This document shows positions 27,027 to 36,924 of a stretch of DNA of 64,000 bases, piece by piece. Under the pieces are notes generated by a model, which saw only the letters and a list, made by a program, of their open reading frames with translations, was not told where the DNA came from and ran no database searches. Both the position numbers and the translations under genes were made by a program. Each line of letters begins with the position of its first letter. Positions within the stretch are counted from its first letter, which is position 1. The stretch is from Acidimicrobiia bacterium (GTDB lineage Bacteria > Actinomycetota > Acidimicrobiia > IMCC26256 > JAENVU01). The stretch lies in NCBI GenBank assembly GCA_025361725.1, contig JANYJV010000140.1, forward strand, positions 9,428 to 73,427, written 5' to 3'.

Positions 27027-29105
27027 TCAGGTCGCCGGACATTCCAATCGGACTCGACCACGCACTTCGTACAACGTGGCGCGCCGGGTGTGGGCCACTC
27101 GGTGGAGTCCAGGAGCGTCGAACCACTTCGCGTCCGGGCGTTCGACGGGAACGAACTCGCCCCCGTCGATGACGTAGCGCGGTGCCGCCCGGCGGAGCGC
27201 CCGCTCCCAGTCGTGGCAGCGCTCGACCGCACCGTTGCCGTTCCCACTCCCCGGTGGCGGTTCAAGCACGACGACATCGTTCGCGAAGGACGGACCGAGG
27301 AACGGATAGAACTGGATCGTCGCGAACGCAACAACGAGGCCGGGCCTGTGCCCGCTGAGATACTCATCGATGGGATCAAGTCGCAGGCCCGCGCCGACCG
27401 CGTACCGGTGCGTCGAGAAATCTCGTTGCACGAAGAACCCGCCCAGGACCATGACGAACAGCACCGGGGCGACGAGCGTGTACCGAGCCAGCCGTCCGCC
27501 AACGCGACCGAAGCCGATCACTGCGCCAACGACGAGGACGACGACGACTGCGAGGAAACGATCGTCGTATCGCCATGCCGCGAACCGATCGACATTCGGG
27601 GCGCCGGCATTCATCACGATCACCACGAGCGCCGCGAAAGAGATCGCGCAGCGCATGAGAACTCCTCGACGTTCAAGCCGCAGCGCGATTGGGAGCATCA
27701 CCAGACCGAGCAGCAACGCGGGACTCGCGTACCGCGCCGTAGCCGCGAAGACTGCGCCACCGAGTTCCATCGTGAACGGCATCACCACGTACCCGATCCC
27801 TGCCGCGACCGTGACGGCGCCGGCGACGCGTTCGGCCCCCGATCGCCGTCGGCCGAACATCGCGAGCGCACCGATGCCGGGAGCGGCAGTCAGGAGCGGC
27901 CAGGCGCGCCCGAAGGCCTGATGAAGCCCTGGTCGCCAAATCCGGTCCCAGATGCCGCCCTCGAAGAGGTGGTCCGCGATCGACGCGTTGTCCGTGAGGC
28001 GCGAGCGATTCGGGAGGTGGAGCGGTCCCAAGTGCAGGTCGTACCAGGGCAGCGGATTGTCGGCCCTGACCCAGTTGCGCAGGAACCAGAACGCGCCGAA
28101 GGCGGCGAGCGGCACCAGCCACGCGATCACGAGTCGTAGGTTCCGACGCCGCATCGCCACCGCGACGATGGCGACCGTCAGCACGGCCAACGGGAACGCA
28201 ACGGTGAGCTTCGTTCCGACGGACAGCGCCGCGGCGATCCCGGCCAGTGCCAGCGGCGCGGGTTGGAGGCCACCCTCGATGATCAGCGCGATGGCGACGA
28301 GCAGGAACGTCGCGCACAGAAAGTCGTTGGTGCCTTGACCGGGGTGGGTCCCGACGACCGCCGGCAATCCCATCACCACGACCGACGCGGTGACGCACAC
28401 GGCTCCGAGTCCGCGGCGGCGACCGATGCAATAGGCCGCGAGAACAGCAAGCGACGCGAACACGAGGTTCAGCGTGGGCGAAAGCAGATCGCGATCGAAC
28501 GGGAAGAACGCGAGCGCGTGGTACATCTGGCTGTTCGCAGGAAAGTAGCCCTGTGCCGACGCGCCGATGTCGGGGAAGATGTCGAGCCGACCCACCTGGA
28601 CGAAACGGGCGGCGAAGACGCCGTGGTACCAGAGGGTGTCGCCTTCGGTCATGCCATGGCCGAGTGCCCACGCCGTGTGACTGACCCACTGCGCGCCGAC
28701 GATCATTACCGCGAGAACCCCAACCCATCGCTCGATCGCCCGGCTCCGCAGCGTCGCGTCCGACCCCGACGAGGGCACCGCCGGGCCTGCCCGCCGAGCC
28801 AACCCGCGGACGGCGACGCTCACCCCGATCAGGCCAAGCGCCAGCGGCCACCCTGAGAACACGTGGAGCCCACCCAAAACGAAGCTCGTACCGGTGACGA
28901 TCGCGAGGACGATGACCGCTTCCACGAGCCGCGCCGGGGCGCGGTCCCATCCGACGAGTGCGCGTCGTGCCGCGACCGCCGCCACCACGACCGCGCCACC
29001 GACGCTGAGGATGACGAGCCAGCCGAAGAGGTACTGCCCGAACGAGAGCGGTTCACGACCGAAACGCGCGGCCGCGCCGACGACGAGAGAGGCCAGCACC
29101 GACAC
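27027..29105 (-). CDS. large polytopic membrane protein with C-terminal soluble domain, function unknown (possible GT-C)
   Basis: 692 aa with about 16 hydrophobic segments. After the early TMs there is a loop ...HGMTEGDTLWYHGVFAARFVQ..., and a ~110-aa C-terminal tail (...VERCHDWERALRRAAPRYVIDGGEFVPVERPD...). I recognise no family. Confidence 0.55.
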   Translation of the reverse strand: MSVLASLVVGAAARFGREPLSFGQYLFGWLVILSVGGAVVVAAVAARRALVGWDRAPARLVEAVIVLAIVTGTSFVLGGLHVFSGWPLALGLIGVSVAVRGLARRAGPAVPSSGSDATLRSRAIERWVGVLAVMIVGAQWVSHTAWALGHGMTEGDTLWYHGVFAARFVQVGRLDIFPDIGASAQGYFPANSQMYHALAFFPFDRDLLSPTLNLVFASLAVLAAYCIGRRRGLGAVCVTASVVVMGLPAVVGTHPGQGTNDFLCATFLLVAIALIIEGGLQPAPLALAGIAAALSVGTKLTVAFPLAVLTVAIVAVAMRRRNLRLVIAWLVPLAAFGAFWFLRNWVRADNPLPWYDLHLGPLHLPNRSRLTDNASIADHLFEGGIWDRIWRPGLHQAFGRAWPLLTAAPGIGALAMFGRRRSGAERVAGAVTVAAGIGYVVMPFTMELGGAVFAATARYASPALLLGLVMLPIALRLERRGVLMRCAISFAALVVIVMNAGAPNVDRFAAWRYDDRFLAVVVVLVVGAVIGFGRVGGRLARYTLVAPVLFVMVLGGFFVQRDFSTHRYAVGAGLRLDPIDEYLSGHRPGLVVAFATIQFYPFLGPSFANDVVVLEPPPGSGNGNGAVERCHDWERALRRAAPRYVIDGGEFVPVERPDAKWFDAPGLHRVAHTRRATLYEVRGRVRLECPAT

Positions 29106-29188
29106 AATCGATCAGGGTAACGATCTCCACCGGGAGCGCCGGGCCCAGGCGGTCGGGTGAACGGGGGCGGGGATGGCAAGATCGGCCC

Positions 29189-30694
29189 GTGATCGCGCCG
29201 AACGAGCCCCGTCGCTCCACCTGGTGGGTGATCTTCACCCTCTTTCTCGTGGGACTGCTCGCCTGGACGGTGGCGACACCGTTGATGGCCGCGCCGGACG
29301 AAGGTGCCCATGCGGTCCGAGCCGCGGCGGTCGCACGGGGGCAGCTCGACGGGCCGCACCGCACGTTCATCATCCAGAACTGGGTCCTCGACGTCCCCGA
29401 GGCCTACGCCCATGCGCCCGCGGCGCTGTGTTTCGTTCGCTCGCCAGCCGTTCGAGCCACGACGCCGGCCCGAGCGTTGACCCCGCGCTGCGTGCCGTCC
29501 TTTCGCGGATCTGATCGGCTGGTCAAGAGTCTCACCTACGAGTTCCGTGGCACGCCGCACCTCTACGGTCTGCTCGGACTTCCGTCGCTGGTCTGGCCAG
29601 ACCGCGTGAGCATGTACCTCATGCGGGTCATCAACGCGCTGGTATGCGCAGCGTTCCTTGCGAGCGCGTGCGTCTCGGCCCTTCGCCGACCCCGGCGCCG
29701 CCTCGCCGTCGTTGGGGTGCTCGCGGCTGCGACCCCGGGCGTCTGGTATCTCGGCGGCATCATCAACCCGAACGGCATAGAGATCGCAGCCGCGATTTCA
29801 CTCTGGGCGACGCTCCTCGCACTTGCGGCGAACGACTCGGTGGAATCGGATCTCCGTCTCGTCCATCGCGCCGGCGTGGCCGCATTCGCGCTGGTGAGCA
29901 TTCGCGGGCTCGGCCCGGGCTGGGTGATTGCCGCGGTCGTGATGTGCACGATCCTCGCCGAGCCCGGGCGCATGCGCGCACTCACCGGGCTCCGAGCGAC
30001 GAAGGTCTGGGCGGCGCTGGTCGTGCTGAGTACGGCGCTGACCGCGGCGTGGGTGATCCACTCGCCGCTCGGAGATCAGATGCGGCATCCGGCGATCGGC
30101 TTGCGCGACGCAATCGCGGGACTTCCGACGATCGCCCGGCAATCGGTCGGCGTCTTCGGCACGGACTACATGCCACTCCCCCGAGCGCTCGACATCGGTT
30201 GGGGCGTCGTCGTCCTCGCCGCGGTGGTCGTCGGATTCATCTTCGCCACGAACCGCCAGCGAATCGCGCTGCTCGGCACGATCGTCGCGTCGACCGTCCT
30301 TCCGATCACTACGGACGGTTTCAACTTCCCGTACATCGGGTTCCCGTGGCAGGGCCGGTACGGCCTCCCACTCACCGTTGGCGTCGTAGTGATTGCATTG
30401 GGGGTGATTCCGAGTTCCACCCGACGGGTTCGATGGGGCGGTGTCGTCGTCGGCTCGACGTTGCTACTCGGACAGGTCGGTGCATTCCTTGCGATCGGTC
30501 GGCGACTGGCCATGGGTCGGCCCCGCGGCGCGAACATCTTCGACTACGTGTCGAACCCGCTCTGGAATCCGCCGATTTCGAACGGGGTCCTCCTAGCCGT
30601 GGCGGTCGCGGTTGCCGTCGGCCTCGGGATAGCGCTGCTCCGACCGTTGATTCAACCGCCGACGGGACCCGGGGCGCTCCAGCCCGTCCTCTGA
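29189..30694 (+). CDS. DUF2142-like polytopic membrane protein (putative glycosyltransferase)
   Basis: 501 aa from GTG 29189. TM1 is followed by ...PLMAAPDEGAHAVRAAAVARGQL..., the APDE..H motif I associate with DUF2142. Then come about 10 TM segments. Confidence 0.6.
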   Translation: MIAPNEPRRSTWWVIFTLFLVGLLAWTVATPLMAAPDEGAHAVRAAAVARGQLDGPHRTFIIQNWVLDVPEAYAHAPAALCFVRSPAVRATTPARALTPRCVPSFRGSDRLVKSLTYEFRGTPHLYGLLGLPSLVWPDRVSMYLMRVINALVCAAFLASACVSALRRPRRRLAVVGVLAAATPGVWYLGGIINPNGIEIAAAISLWATLLALAANDSVESDLRLVHRAGVAAFALVSIRGLGPGWVIAAVVMCTILAEPGRMRALTGLRATKVWAALVVLSTALTAAWVIHSPLGDQMRHPAIGLRDAIAGLPTIARQSVGVFGTDYMPLPRALDIGWGVVVLAAVVVGFIFATNRQRIALLGTIVASTVLPITTDGFNFPYIGFPWQGRYGLPLTVGVVVIALGVIPSSTRRVRWGGVVVGSTLLLGQVGAFLAIGRRLAMGRPRGANIFDYVSNPLWNPPISNGVLLAVAVAVAVGLGIALLRPLIQPPTGPGALQPVL

Positions 30695-30760
30695 ACGCCG
30701 CACCCGGGGGTGGAACCAGACTCGGAACGGGCGCTGCGAGGGCACGGCTATCGTCCCCCG

Positions 30761-31423
30761 ATGGATCGCTGGGTGAACAACGACCAGCAAGCGCATTGGG
30801 ATAAGCGGACCTTCTATCGCGACGCTCGCGACCGCGCGGCCGAGGCATTTGCGGTCCCGAAGATGGATTGGTTCTGCGATCAGCTCGGAATCGGCGAGGA
30901 CGCCTCCGTGCTGGACGTCGGTGCCGGAACCGGAATGTTCACGTACTGGTGGTCCCAGCGCGCCAAGACGGTGACCGGACTCGAGCTGTCCGAGAACATG
31001 ATCGAACGCAGCCCCGTCGCCGAGCTGATGCAGGTCGGGAACGCCTACGAGTTGCCGTTCGCCGACGACAGCTACGACCTCGTATTCGCCGGCAACCTCC
31101 TCCATCACCTCGATCGGCCGGTGGATGCACTCCGAGAGATGGGCCGGGTCGCCCGTGCCGGAGTGGCGATCTGCGAACCGAACCGCAACCACCCCCCGAT
31201 GGCCGCGTTCGCGGCGCTCTCGAGTGTGTGTCGTGGAATCTTGCACTACTCCCGACGCACGCTCGCCGAGCTCGCACAGGAAGCCGGCCTGCACGTGGAG
31301 GGCGTCCGCCTGCATGGCTACATCTATGAGAACCGTTCGCCGGACGCATCGGTTCCGATCGCCAGCAAGCTGGAAACGATCCTGCCCGGCGGCGCGTACA
31401 TCCTGCTCGCCGCCCGCCCCTGA
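30761..31423 (+). CDS. class I SAM-dependent methyltransferase
   Basis: Track ORF 30710..31423, trimmed to ATG 30761. Motif I is VLDVGAGTGMF, followed by ...YDLVFAGNLLHHL... Confidence 0.75.
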   Translation: MDRWVNNDQQAHWDKRTFYRDARDRAAEAFAVPKMDWFCDQLGIGEDASVLDVGAGTGMFTYWWSQRAKTVTGLELSENMIERSPVAELMQVGNAYELPFADDSYDLVFAGNLLHHLDRPVDALREMGRVARAGVAICEPNRNHPPMAAFAALSSVCRGILHYSRRTLAELAQEAGLHVEGVRLHGYIYENRSPDASVPIASKLETILPGGAYILLAARP

Positions 31424-31447
31424 AGTACCGCCGGCGCGACGGTTCCG

Positions 31448-32911
31448 TCAGAGCGGGCGCGAGAGTTCGAACAGGTACTGGTAGGCGAACAGGGTGGGCC
31501 GAAGCGCAACGCCGACCCCGTCGGCGAGCGCCAGCGTTCGTGACCGCTCGGCGTCGAGTGGCAGTCCGACGACCTCGCGCCGGCGCAACTCGAAGCCGGC
31601 CATTTTCAAGATCCGTTCCGCGTCCGGACCGGTGAAGAAGCGGAGCTGAGCTGCGTCCAACAAGCCGCGGGTGTCGTAGGACCACCGGCCCGTGACGACG
31701 CGTGCACGTGGATACCAGTGGGCGAAGTTCGGGACACTCGTGAGCAACCGGCCCCCGGGCACGAGCGCGTCCCGCAGGCGCGCGAGGAACGCATCAGTAT
31801 CCCGGACCCGCCCGATTGCGTCCACCGCAACGATGGCGTCGAAGTCACCGACCCCGGGCGCCAAGACACCATCGAGGTCAGCGACGATCACGCCGGGGTC
31901 ATCGGGCTCGGGCTCATCGGGGCGAGTCGATCCCGCGGGTCCATCCGGGACAGGGTCGACGATCGCGATGACGTCATGGCCCATTCCCCGGATCTCTGGG
32001 GCGATAAGCCTCGCCGCCGCGCCCACCACGAGTACGCGACCCGCTTCGAGTCCCGACAGCCACGCGAGCATCCGACCGGTGGCGGTGTCTGCGCCGGACT
32101 TCGGTTCGTAGAGACTCGACGCGAAGGCGGTGTCGCCCTTGCCGATGCCGATCTTGTGGGCTCGGTAGCGAAGGACGTCCTTCACGATGTCCTTCGCGTA
32201 CCGCGGTCCGTTGACGTAGGAGATCTCGTCGCCGTAGTAGGTGGGCATCGGGATCTCCATGATCCGTTTCCCGGCCTCGTGGAACTGAATGATGATCTCG
32301 GTGTCGAAGTCGTACTCGTTGCTGTTGCGCTGGAATGGCACATCCCTGAGCGCGGCCACCGAATACGCCCGATATCCGCTGTGCCATTCGCTCAGGTCGG
32401 TGCCGGCGAGGCGGTTCTCGATGGTCGAGAGCACCTTGTTGCCGATGACCTTGTACATCGGCATCCCGCCCTTGCGGGCACCGCCGGGGGTCATCATGCG
32501 AGAACCGAACACGGCGTCCGCATCCCCACGCTCAAGAGGGGCGACGATCTCGGGGAGCATCTCGGGCGAGTACTGACCGTCGGCGTGGAGTAGAACGACG
32601 ATGTCCAGTTCGTGCGCGATCGCCCACTCGTAACCGATCTTCTGGTTGCCGCCGTACCCGACGTTCTTCGGATTCCTGAGCACCTCGAGCGGCAGCTTGC
32701 GACCGTCGACCTGCTTGTACCCGAGCCCGACGAGATAGGTCTGGTCCTCCGACGCGTTGTCACAGATCAAGATCTGGGTGATGCGCGGAATGAAGTCTCG
32801 AGGGATGCGGTCCAGCACCTTGGCCAGGGTTGATGCGGCGTTGTACGCCACGACGATGATGCCAATGCGTTTCGCAGCCACCGGTTCAGGGTACCGCTCG
32901 ATGTGGAGCAA
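31448..32911 (-). CDS. bifunctional GT2 glycosyltransferase / class I SAM methyltransferase fusion
   Basis: 487 aa. The N-terminal half is GT2 (IGIIVVAYNAASTL...ILICDNASEDQT...LLHADGQY). The C-terminal half is methyltransferase-like (GRVLVVGAAARLIAP...FDAIVAVDAIGRV...PGGRLLTSVPN). The track start is TTG 32911. GTG 32881 is an alternative that removes the overlap with the divergent gene. Confidence 0.8.
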   Translation of the reverse strand: MLHIERYPEPVAAKRIGIIVVAYNAASTLAKVLDRIPRDFIPRITQILICDNASEDQTYLVGLGYKQVDGRKLPLEVLRNPKNVGYGGNQKIGYEWAIAHELDIVVLLHADGQYSPEMLPEIVAPLERGDADAVFGSRMMTPGGARKGGMPMYKVIGNKVLSTIENRLAGTDLSEWHSGYRAYSVAALRDVPFQRNSNEYDFDTEIIIQFHEAGKRIMEIPMPTYYGDEISYVNGPRYAKDIVKDVLRYRAHKIGIGKGDTAFASSLYEPKSGADTATGRMLAWLSGLEAGRVLVVGAAARLIAPEIRGMGHDVIAIVDPVPDGPAGSTRPDEPEPDDPGVIVADLDGVLAPGVGDFDAIVAVDAIGRVRDTDAFLARLRDALVPGGRLLTSVPNFAHWYPRARVVTGRWSYDTRGLLDAAQLRFFTGPDAERILKMAGFELRRREVVGLPLDAERSRTLALADGVGVALRPTLFAYQYLFELSRPL

Positions 32912-33550
32912 TCCGCGATCTCCTGGCGGGGTTCAGTCACCGAACGCACACGGCATGGTGCGTTCCCGGTTCTCTCACCCGCGGTCGGCGTGCCGACCTT
33001 CCGGACGGCCATCGGCCGCCGGCCATTCCTGATCGCAGGAGCCGTCGGAGCCGCGCTCTCGCTCATCGGCTTTGCGCTGATCCTCACGGTCGGTGGACGC
33101 GAACTGCTCACCCACGACGTCTACGGCAACTTCTACGACGCGCAGGCGCGCGCCCTGTTGGCCGGCCACTGGGACGTCCCGGCGAAGGCCATGTTCTTCG
33201 AGGGATTCCGGCTCCACGGCCGGACGTATACGTACTTCGGAATCTGGCCGAGCCTGCTGCGGATGCCCGTGGTGGAACTCGCACCGAGCTTGGTCGGCCG
33301 GTTGACCCGAGTGAGCATGCTGGCCGGCTTCGGTGTGTTCCTGAGCGCCGTGATCGCGCTGCACTGGCGCATCCGGAACATTTTTCGCCCGGACACGCCC
33401 GTGCGCCGTTCGGATCTGGTGCTCAGCTGCGCCGTCCCGATCGTGGCCGGGTGCGGGAGTTGTGCGCTCTTCCTCGCCAGCCGTGCGTGGGTGTACCACG
33501 AAGCAATCGTGTGGGGAGTGCGTGGTCGCTCGTGGCGTACGAGCGCATGA
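32903..33550 (+). CDS. polytopic membrane protein, N-terminal part (either a separate 215-aa gene or the 5' half of a frameshifted gene)
   Basis: GTG 32903; the true start may lie further downstream. There are hydrophobic segments and a loop ...HDVYGNFYDAQARALLAGHWDVPAKAMFFEGFRLHGRTYTYFGIWPSLLR... It ends at TGA 33548-33550, overlapping ATG 33547. Confidence 0.5.
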   Translation: MEQSAISWRGSVTERTRHGAFPVLSPAVGVPTFRTAIGRRPFLIAGAVGAALSLIGFALILTVGGRELLTHDVYGNFYDAQARALLAGHWDVPAKAMFFEGFRLHGRTYTYFGIWPSLLRMPVVELAPSLVGRLTRVSMLAGFGVFLSAVIALHWRIRNIFRPDTPVRRSDLVLSCAVPIVAGCGSCALFLASRAWVYHEAIVWGVRGRSWRTSA

Positions 33551-35124
33551 TCGCCTTCTCGCTCCGCCCAAGCCGGGCTCGGCTTGCGGGCGCATCTGCG
33601 GGCGTGGCGTTGGCCCTCGCCTCCCGTGCGTCATTGGGTTTCGGTGCGCTGTTCGCCTTGGCCCTGGTGGTCGGCGGGACCTGGATTCGCACTCACGAAG
33701 GTGCGCTCACCCGCATCCGCTTCGCGGGATGGCACCGCATTCGACGTGCAATGGGAACGCTCGGGGCACCGGTCCAGACCGACACGTCACCCGCACGGCT
33801 GCGCTCCCCGCTCCTCGCAGCCGCGGTGATGATTCCGATCGTCCTGTTCGCGTACGTGAACTGGTCCCGGTTCGGGAGCGCCTTCAGTGTTCCGTGGCGT
33901 CATCAGGTCCTGTTCCAAGTTCGCCCCCAGGCGGCGCGCGCGCTCGACGCGAATGGCGGGAGCTACTTCGGCTTGCAGTACTTGCCCACAACTCTGTGGC
34001 AATCCCTTCGTCCCGACGCTCTCGGACGCGCCCCGATGTTTCCGTGGGTGACGTTTCCCCGCTTTCGCACCGATGTGTTCGGCGGAGCGGTCATCGACAT
34101 GCTCGACGTCTCGAGCAGCGTGCCGGCGTCGATGCCTGCGCTCACGATCCTGACCGGTTTCGGCACGGTCGCCGCCTTCTCACGACGAACCGCGATGACG
34201 GCTCGCCCAGACGTCCTGCGCGCGCCCCTCATCGGAGCCGTGTCCGGCATCGGGTTCGTCCTGACGATCGCCTTCATCGCCCAGCGGTACCTCGGCGACT
34301 GGCTTCCGCTCCTGATCCTCGGAAGCATCGCCGGTTTGTACGCGCTCCTCGAACGTCGGACCCTGTGTCGGAGCCGGACCGGCAGACGCTTCGTGGTCGG
34401 CACGCTCGTCGCCGTGAGTGCGCTCGCGCTCGCTGGCGTCTGGATCGACGGATCCCTTGCGTACCTCTACCAGCGCTTGTACAACCCGCAGCCGGACACA
34501 CTGCGCGCGGGCGCGATCGCTTTCCAGTCCGACGTCGATCGCTCGCTCGGCGGCTCGGGAGTCGAACAGGTGGACGAGGTGCGAGGACGGCTCGGTGTCG
34601 CCGCACCCGCCGGAACCACCCGTGTCATCGGAAGCTGTACCGGGATGTATTGGAGCGACGGGACGCAGTGGCACCTCGTGGAGGGTTCGCCCTCTGGTGG
34701 CGTGCTCCGGCTGCGGGCTGCACTTCCGCCGGCCGACGCCCAGTGGCATCCGTTGGTGTCGTGGGGTTCGGCGACGCACGCCCGCGCGTTGGTGTTCCGC
34801 AGAGCGGGCGACCGCGTCCGCGTCGCCCTCGCGTCGCCGGGGCCCGGTGGCGGACCGAGCTTCGGCCCGAATGCGATCGATCTGGCCCTGGGGAGCGGTC
34901 GAGTTCATGACATCGAGTTTGTGGCCGCCGCGCCGATCAACCTGCTCCGGGTCCGAATCGACGATGCCGACGCCTATCTCGGCGACCTCGGCCGCACCAA
35001 CCCCGGTGCTCTGCAAGTCGGCCGGAGTGACGTCCCCGGGATCGCGTCCACCTATGGGCCTCCCCTTCAGCCGCTGCTGCCGGAGGTCTCGACGTGTCGG
35101 ACGCTGCTCGCCCGGCTTCCCTGA
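33547..35124 (+). CDS. polytopic membrane protein, C-terminal part (525 aa if separate)
   Basis: ATG 33547 (MIAFSLRP...) lies inside track ORF 33451..35124. Several TM segments are followed by a ~200-aa soluble C-terminal domain (...YNPQPDTLRAGAIAFQSDVDRSLGG...). Confidence 0.5.
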   Translation: MIAFSLRPSRARLAGASAGVALALASRASLGFGALFALALVVGGTWIRTHEGALTRIRFAGWHRIRRAMGTLGAPVQTDTSPARLRSPLLAAAVMIPIVLFAYVNWSRFGSAFSVPWRHQVLFQVRPQAARALDANGGSYFGLQYLPTTLWQSLRPDALGRAPMFPWVTFPRFRTDVFGGAVIDMLDVSSSVPASMPALTILTGFGTVAAFSRRTAMTARPDVLRAPLIGAVSGIGFVLTIAFIAQRYLGDWLPLLILGSIAGLYALLERRTLCRSRTGRRFVVGTLVAVSALALAGVWIDGSLAYLYQRLYNPQPDTLRAGAIAFQSDVDRSLGGSGVEQVDEVRGRLGVAAPAGTTRVIGSCTGMYWSDGTQWHLVEGSPSGGVLRLRAALPPADAQWHPLVSWGSATHARALVFRRAGDRVRVALASPGPGGGPSFGPNAIDLALGSGRVHDIEFVAAAPINLLRVRIDDADAYLGDLGRTNPGALQVGRSDVPGIASTYGPPLQPLLPEVSTCRTLLARLP

Positions 35125-35172
35125 GGTGCGCATCGTCCGACCCTCCAGTAGGCGCCAACTACCCTGACCGCC

Positions 35173-35961
35173 ATGGCTCCCAAGGTCGTCATACTCTGCG
35201 GCGGCCTCGGGACCCGGCTTCGTGAAGAAACCGAATACCGTCCGAAGCCGATGGTCGAGATCGGCGGCAAGCCGGTGTTGTGGCACGTCATGAAGCTCTT
35301 CGCCCATCACGGCATGACCGAGTTCGTGTTGTGTGCGGGCTACCGCGGCCAGATGATCAAGGACTATTTCCTCAACTACGAGGCCCGGAACAGTGATCTC
35401 ACGATCACGCTCGGTGATCACTCCTCGGTCCGATTCCACGGCACCCATCTCGAAACGGGGTGGGAGGTCACGGTCGCCGACACCGGTGAGCTGACCCAGA
35501 CCGGCGGCCGGGTAAAGCGTGTCGAGCACTATCTCGACGGTGACGCCTTCGTCGTGACCTACGGCGACGGTCTGGCCAACGTCGACCTCACCGCACTCCT
35601 TGCGCACCACCAAGCCCACGGCAAGCTCGCCACGGTCACGACCACTCGCCCCCTCTCTCGCTTCGGGATCGTCGACCTCGAGTCCGATGCCACGGTGGCG
35701 CGCTTTCGTGAGAAGCCTCAGGCCGACGACTGGGTGTCGTCCGGCTTCTTCGTGTTCCAACGAGAGTTCCTCGCCGAACTCGATCCGGACTGCATCTTGG
35801 AACGAGAACCGCTCGAACGCCTGGCCGCCGCCGGTGAACTGGTTGCGTATCAGCACGACGGCTTCTGGCAACCGATGGACACGTATCGCGAGTTCCAGAT
35901 GTTGAACGAGATGTGGGAAGCCGGCAAGGCGCCGTGGGCCGTCTGGGAGGACGACGAATGA
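35173..35961 (+). CDS. rfbF: glucose-1-phosphate cytidylyltransferase
   Basis: 262 aa. MAPKVVILCGGLGTRLREETEYRPKPMVEIGGKPVLWHVMK...GFWQPMDTYRE... is the RfbF/DdhA pattern throughout. Confidence 0.9.
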   Translation: MAPKVVILCGGLGTRLREETEYRPKPMVEIGGKPVLWHVMKLFAHHGMTEFVLCAGYRGQMIKDYFLNYEARNSDLTITLGDHSSVRFHGTHLETGWEVTVADTGELTQTGGRVKRVEHYLDGDAFVVTYGDGLANVDLTALLAHHQAHGKLATVTTTRPLSRFGIVDLESDATVARFREKPQADDWVSSGFFVFQREFLAELDPDCILEREPLERLAAAGELVAYQHDGFWQPMDTYREFQMLNEMWEAGKAPWAVWEDDE

Positions 35962-36917
35962 GCACGGCGTTCGTGACCGGTGCGACCGGTATGGTCGGCA
36001 GCGCCCTCGTGCGCCGTCTCGTCGAATCTGACGTGGAGGTGGTGGTGTTGGTCCTCGACCCGGACCCGCAGTCGGAGTTGTACCGAAGCGGACTCGTCGC
36101 GCGGACCACCGTCGTCAGCGGCGCCCTCGAAGATCTCAGGGTGCTCGAGCGCGCGCTGGCGGTGCACGCGCCGGATGCGGTGTACCACCTCGGAGCACAG
36201 ACCATCGTCGGCGCAGCACGGCGCTCTCCCTTGAGCACCCTCGAAGCGAACGTGCGCGGCACCTGGAATCTGCTCGAGGCCGCCCGGCGCGTGGCCAGCG
36301 CGACCGCGGTGGTCGTGGCGTCGAGCGACAAGGCGTACGGGACCGTCGATGAACTCCCCTACACCGAATCGATGGCGCTCGCCGGCGACGAGCCCTACGA
36401 GGTGTCGAAGGCGGCGGCCGACCTCATCTCGCAGATGTACGCCCACACCTACGACGTCCCCGTCGCCATTGCGCGCTGCGGGAACATCTACGGCCCCGGT
36501 GACCTCAACTGGTCCCGCATCGTTCCGGGCACGATCCGGTCGTTGCTCCGCGACGAGCAACCGGTCCTACGGAGTGACGGAACGTTCGTGCGGGATTACC
36601 TGCACGTGGATGACGTCGTGGACGCCTACCTCGCACTCGGTGACGCCCTGACCGCTCGCACGATCGCTGCGGGTGAGGGCTGGAACTTTTCCGACGAGTC
36701 CCCGCGCACGGTGCGCGAGATCTACGACGCAGTGTGTGCGGCCGCCGGCCGGCCGCACACCGAACCGAGCATCCTCGGACACGCGCCGGGCGAGATCCAC
36801 GACCAGTGGCTGAGCGCAGCCAAAGCGCGTCACGAACTCGGGTGGCAGCCGCACATCGAGTTGGACGCCGGACTCGTGTCGACCGTCGAGTGGTACCGCT
36901 CGTATCTGGGTCGGTGA
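35958..36917 (+). CDS. rfbG: CDP-glucose 4,6-dehydratase-type SDR
   Basis: ATG 35958 overlaps TGA 35959-35961 (ATGA). It carries [20 protein letters not shown], the catalytic YEVSK, and ...[18 protein letters not shown]... The position between rfbF and rfbH supports the assignment. It is shorter (319 aa) than the enterobacterial RfbG I remember. Confidence 0.75.
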   Translation: MSTAFVTGATGMVGSALVRRLVESDVEVVVLVLDPDPQSELYRSGLVARTTVVSGALEDLRVLERALAVHAPDAVYHLGAQTIVGAARRSPLSTLEANVRGTWNLLEAARRVASATAVVVASSDKAYGTVDELPYTESMALAGDEPYEVSKAAADLISQMYAHTYDVPVAIARCGNIYGPGDLNWSRIVPGTIRSLLRDEQPVLRSDGTFVRDYLHVDDVVDAYLALGDALTARTIAAGEGWNFSDESPRTVREIYDAVCAAAGRPHTEPSILGHAPGEIHDQWLSAAKARHELGWQPHIELDAGLVSTVEWYRSYLGR

Positions 36918-36924
36918 ATCGTTG

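Noticed and set aside
34180-35871. 563-aa minus-strand ORF spanning the membrane gene 3' end and rfbF; also the 530-aa ORF at 25910..27502
   Set aside because: Each crosses a boundary between two well-supported genes on the opposite strand (rfbF and the deacylase respectively) and has a shadow-ORF composition.
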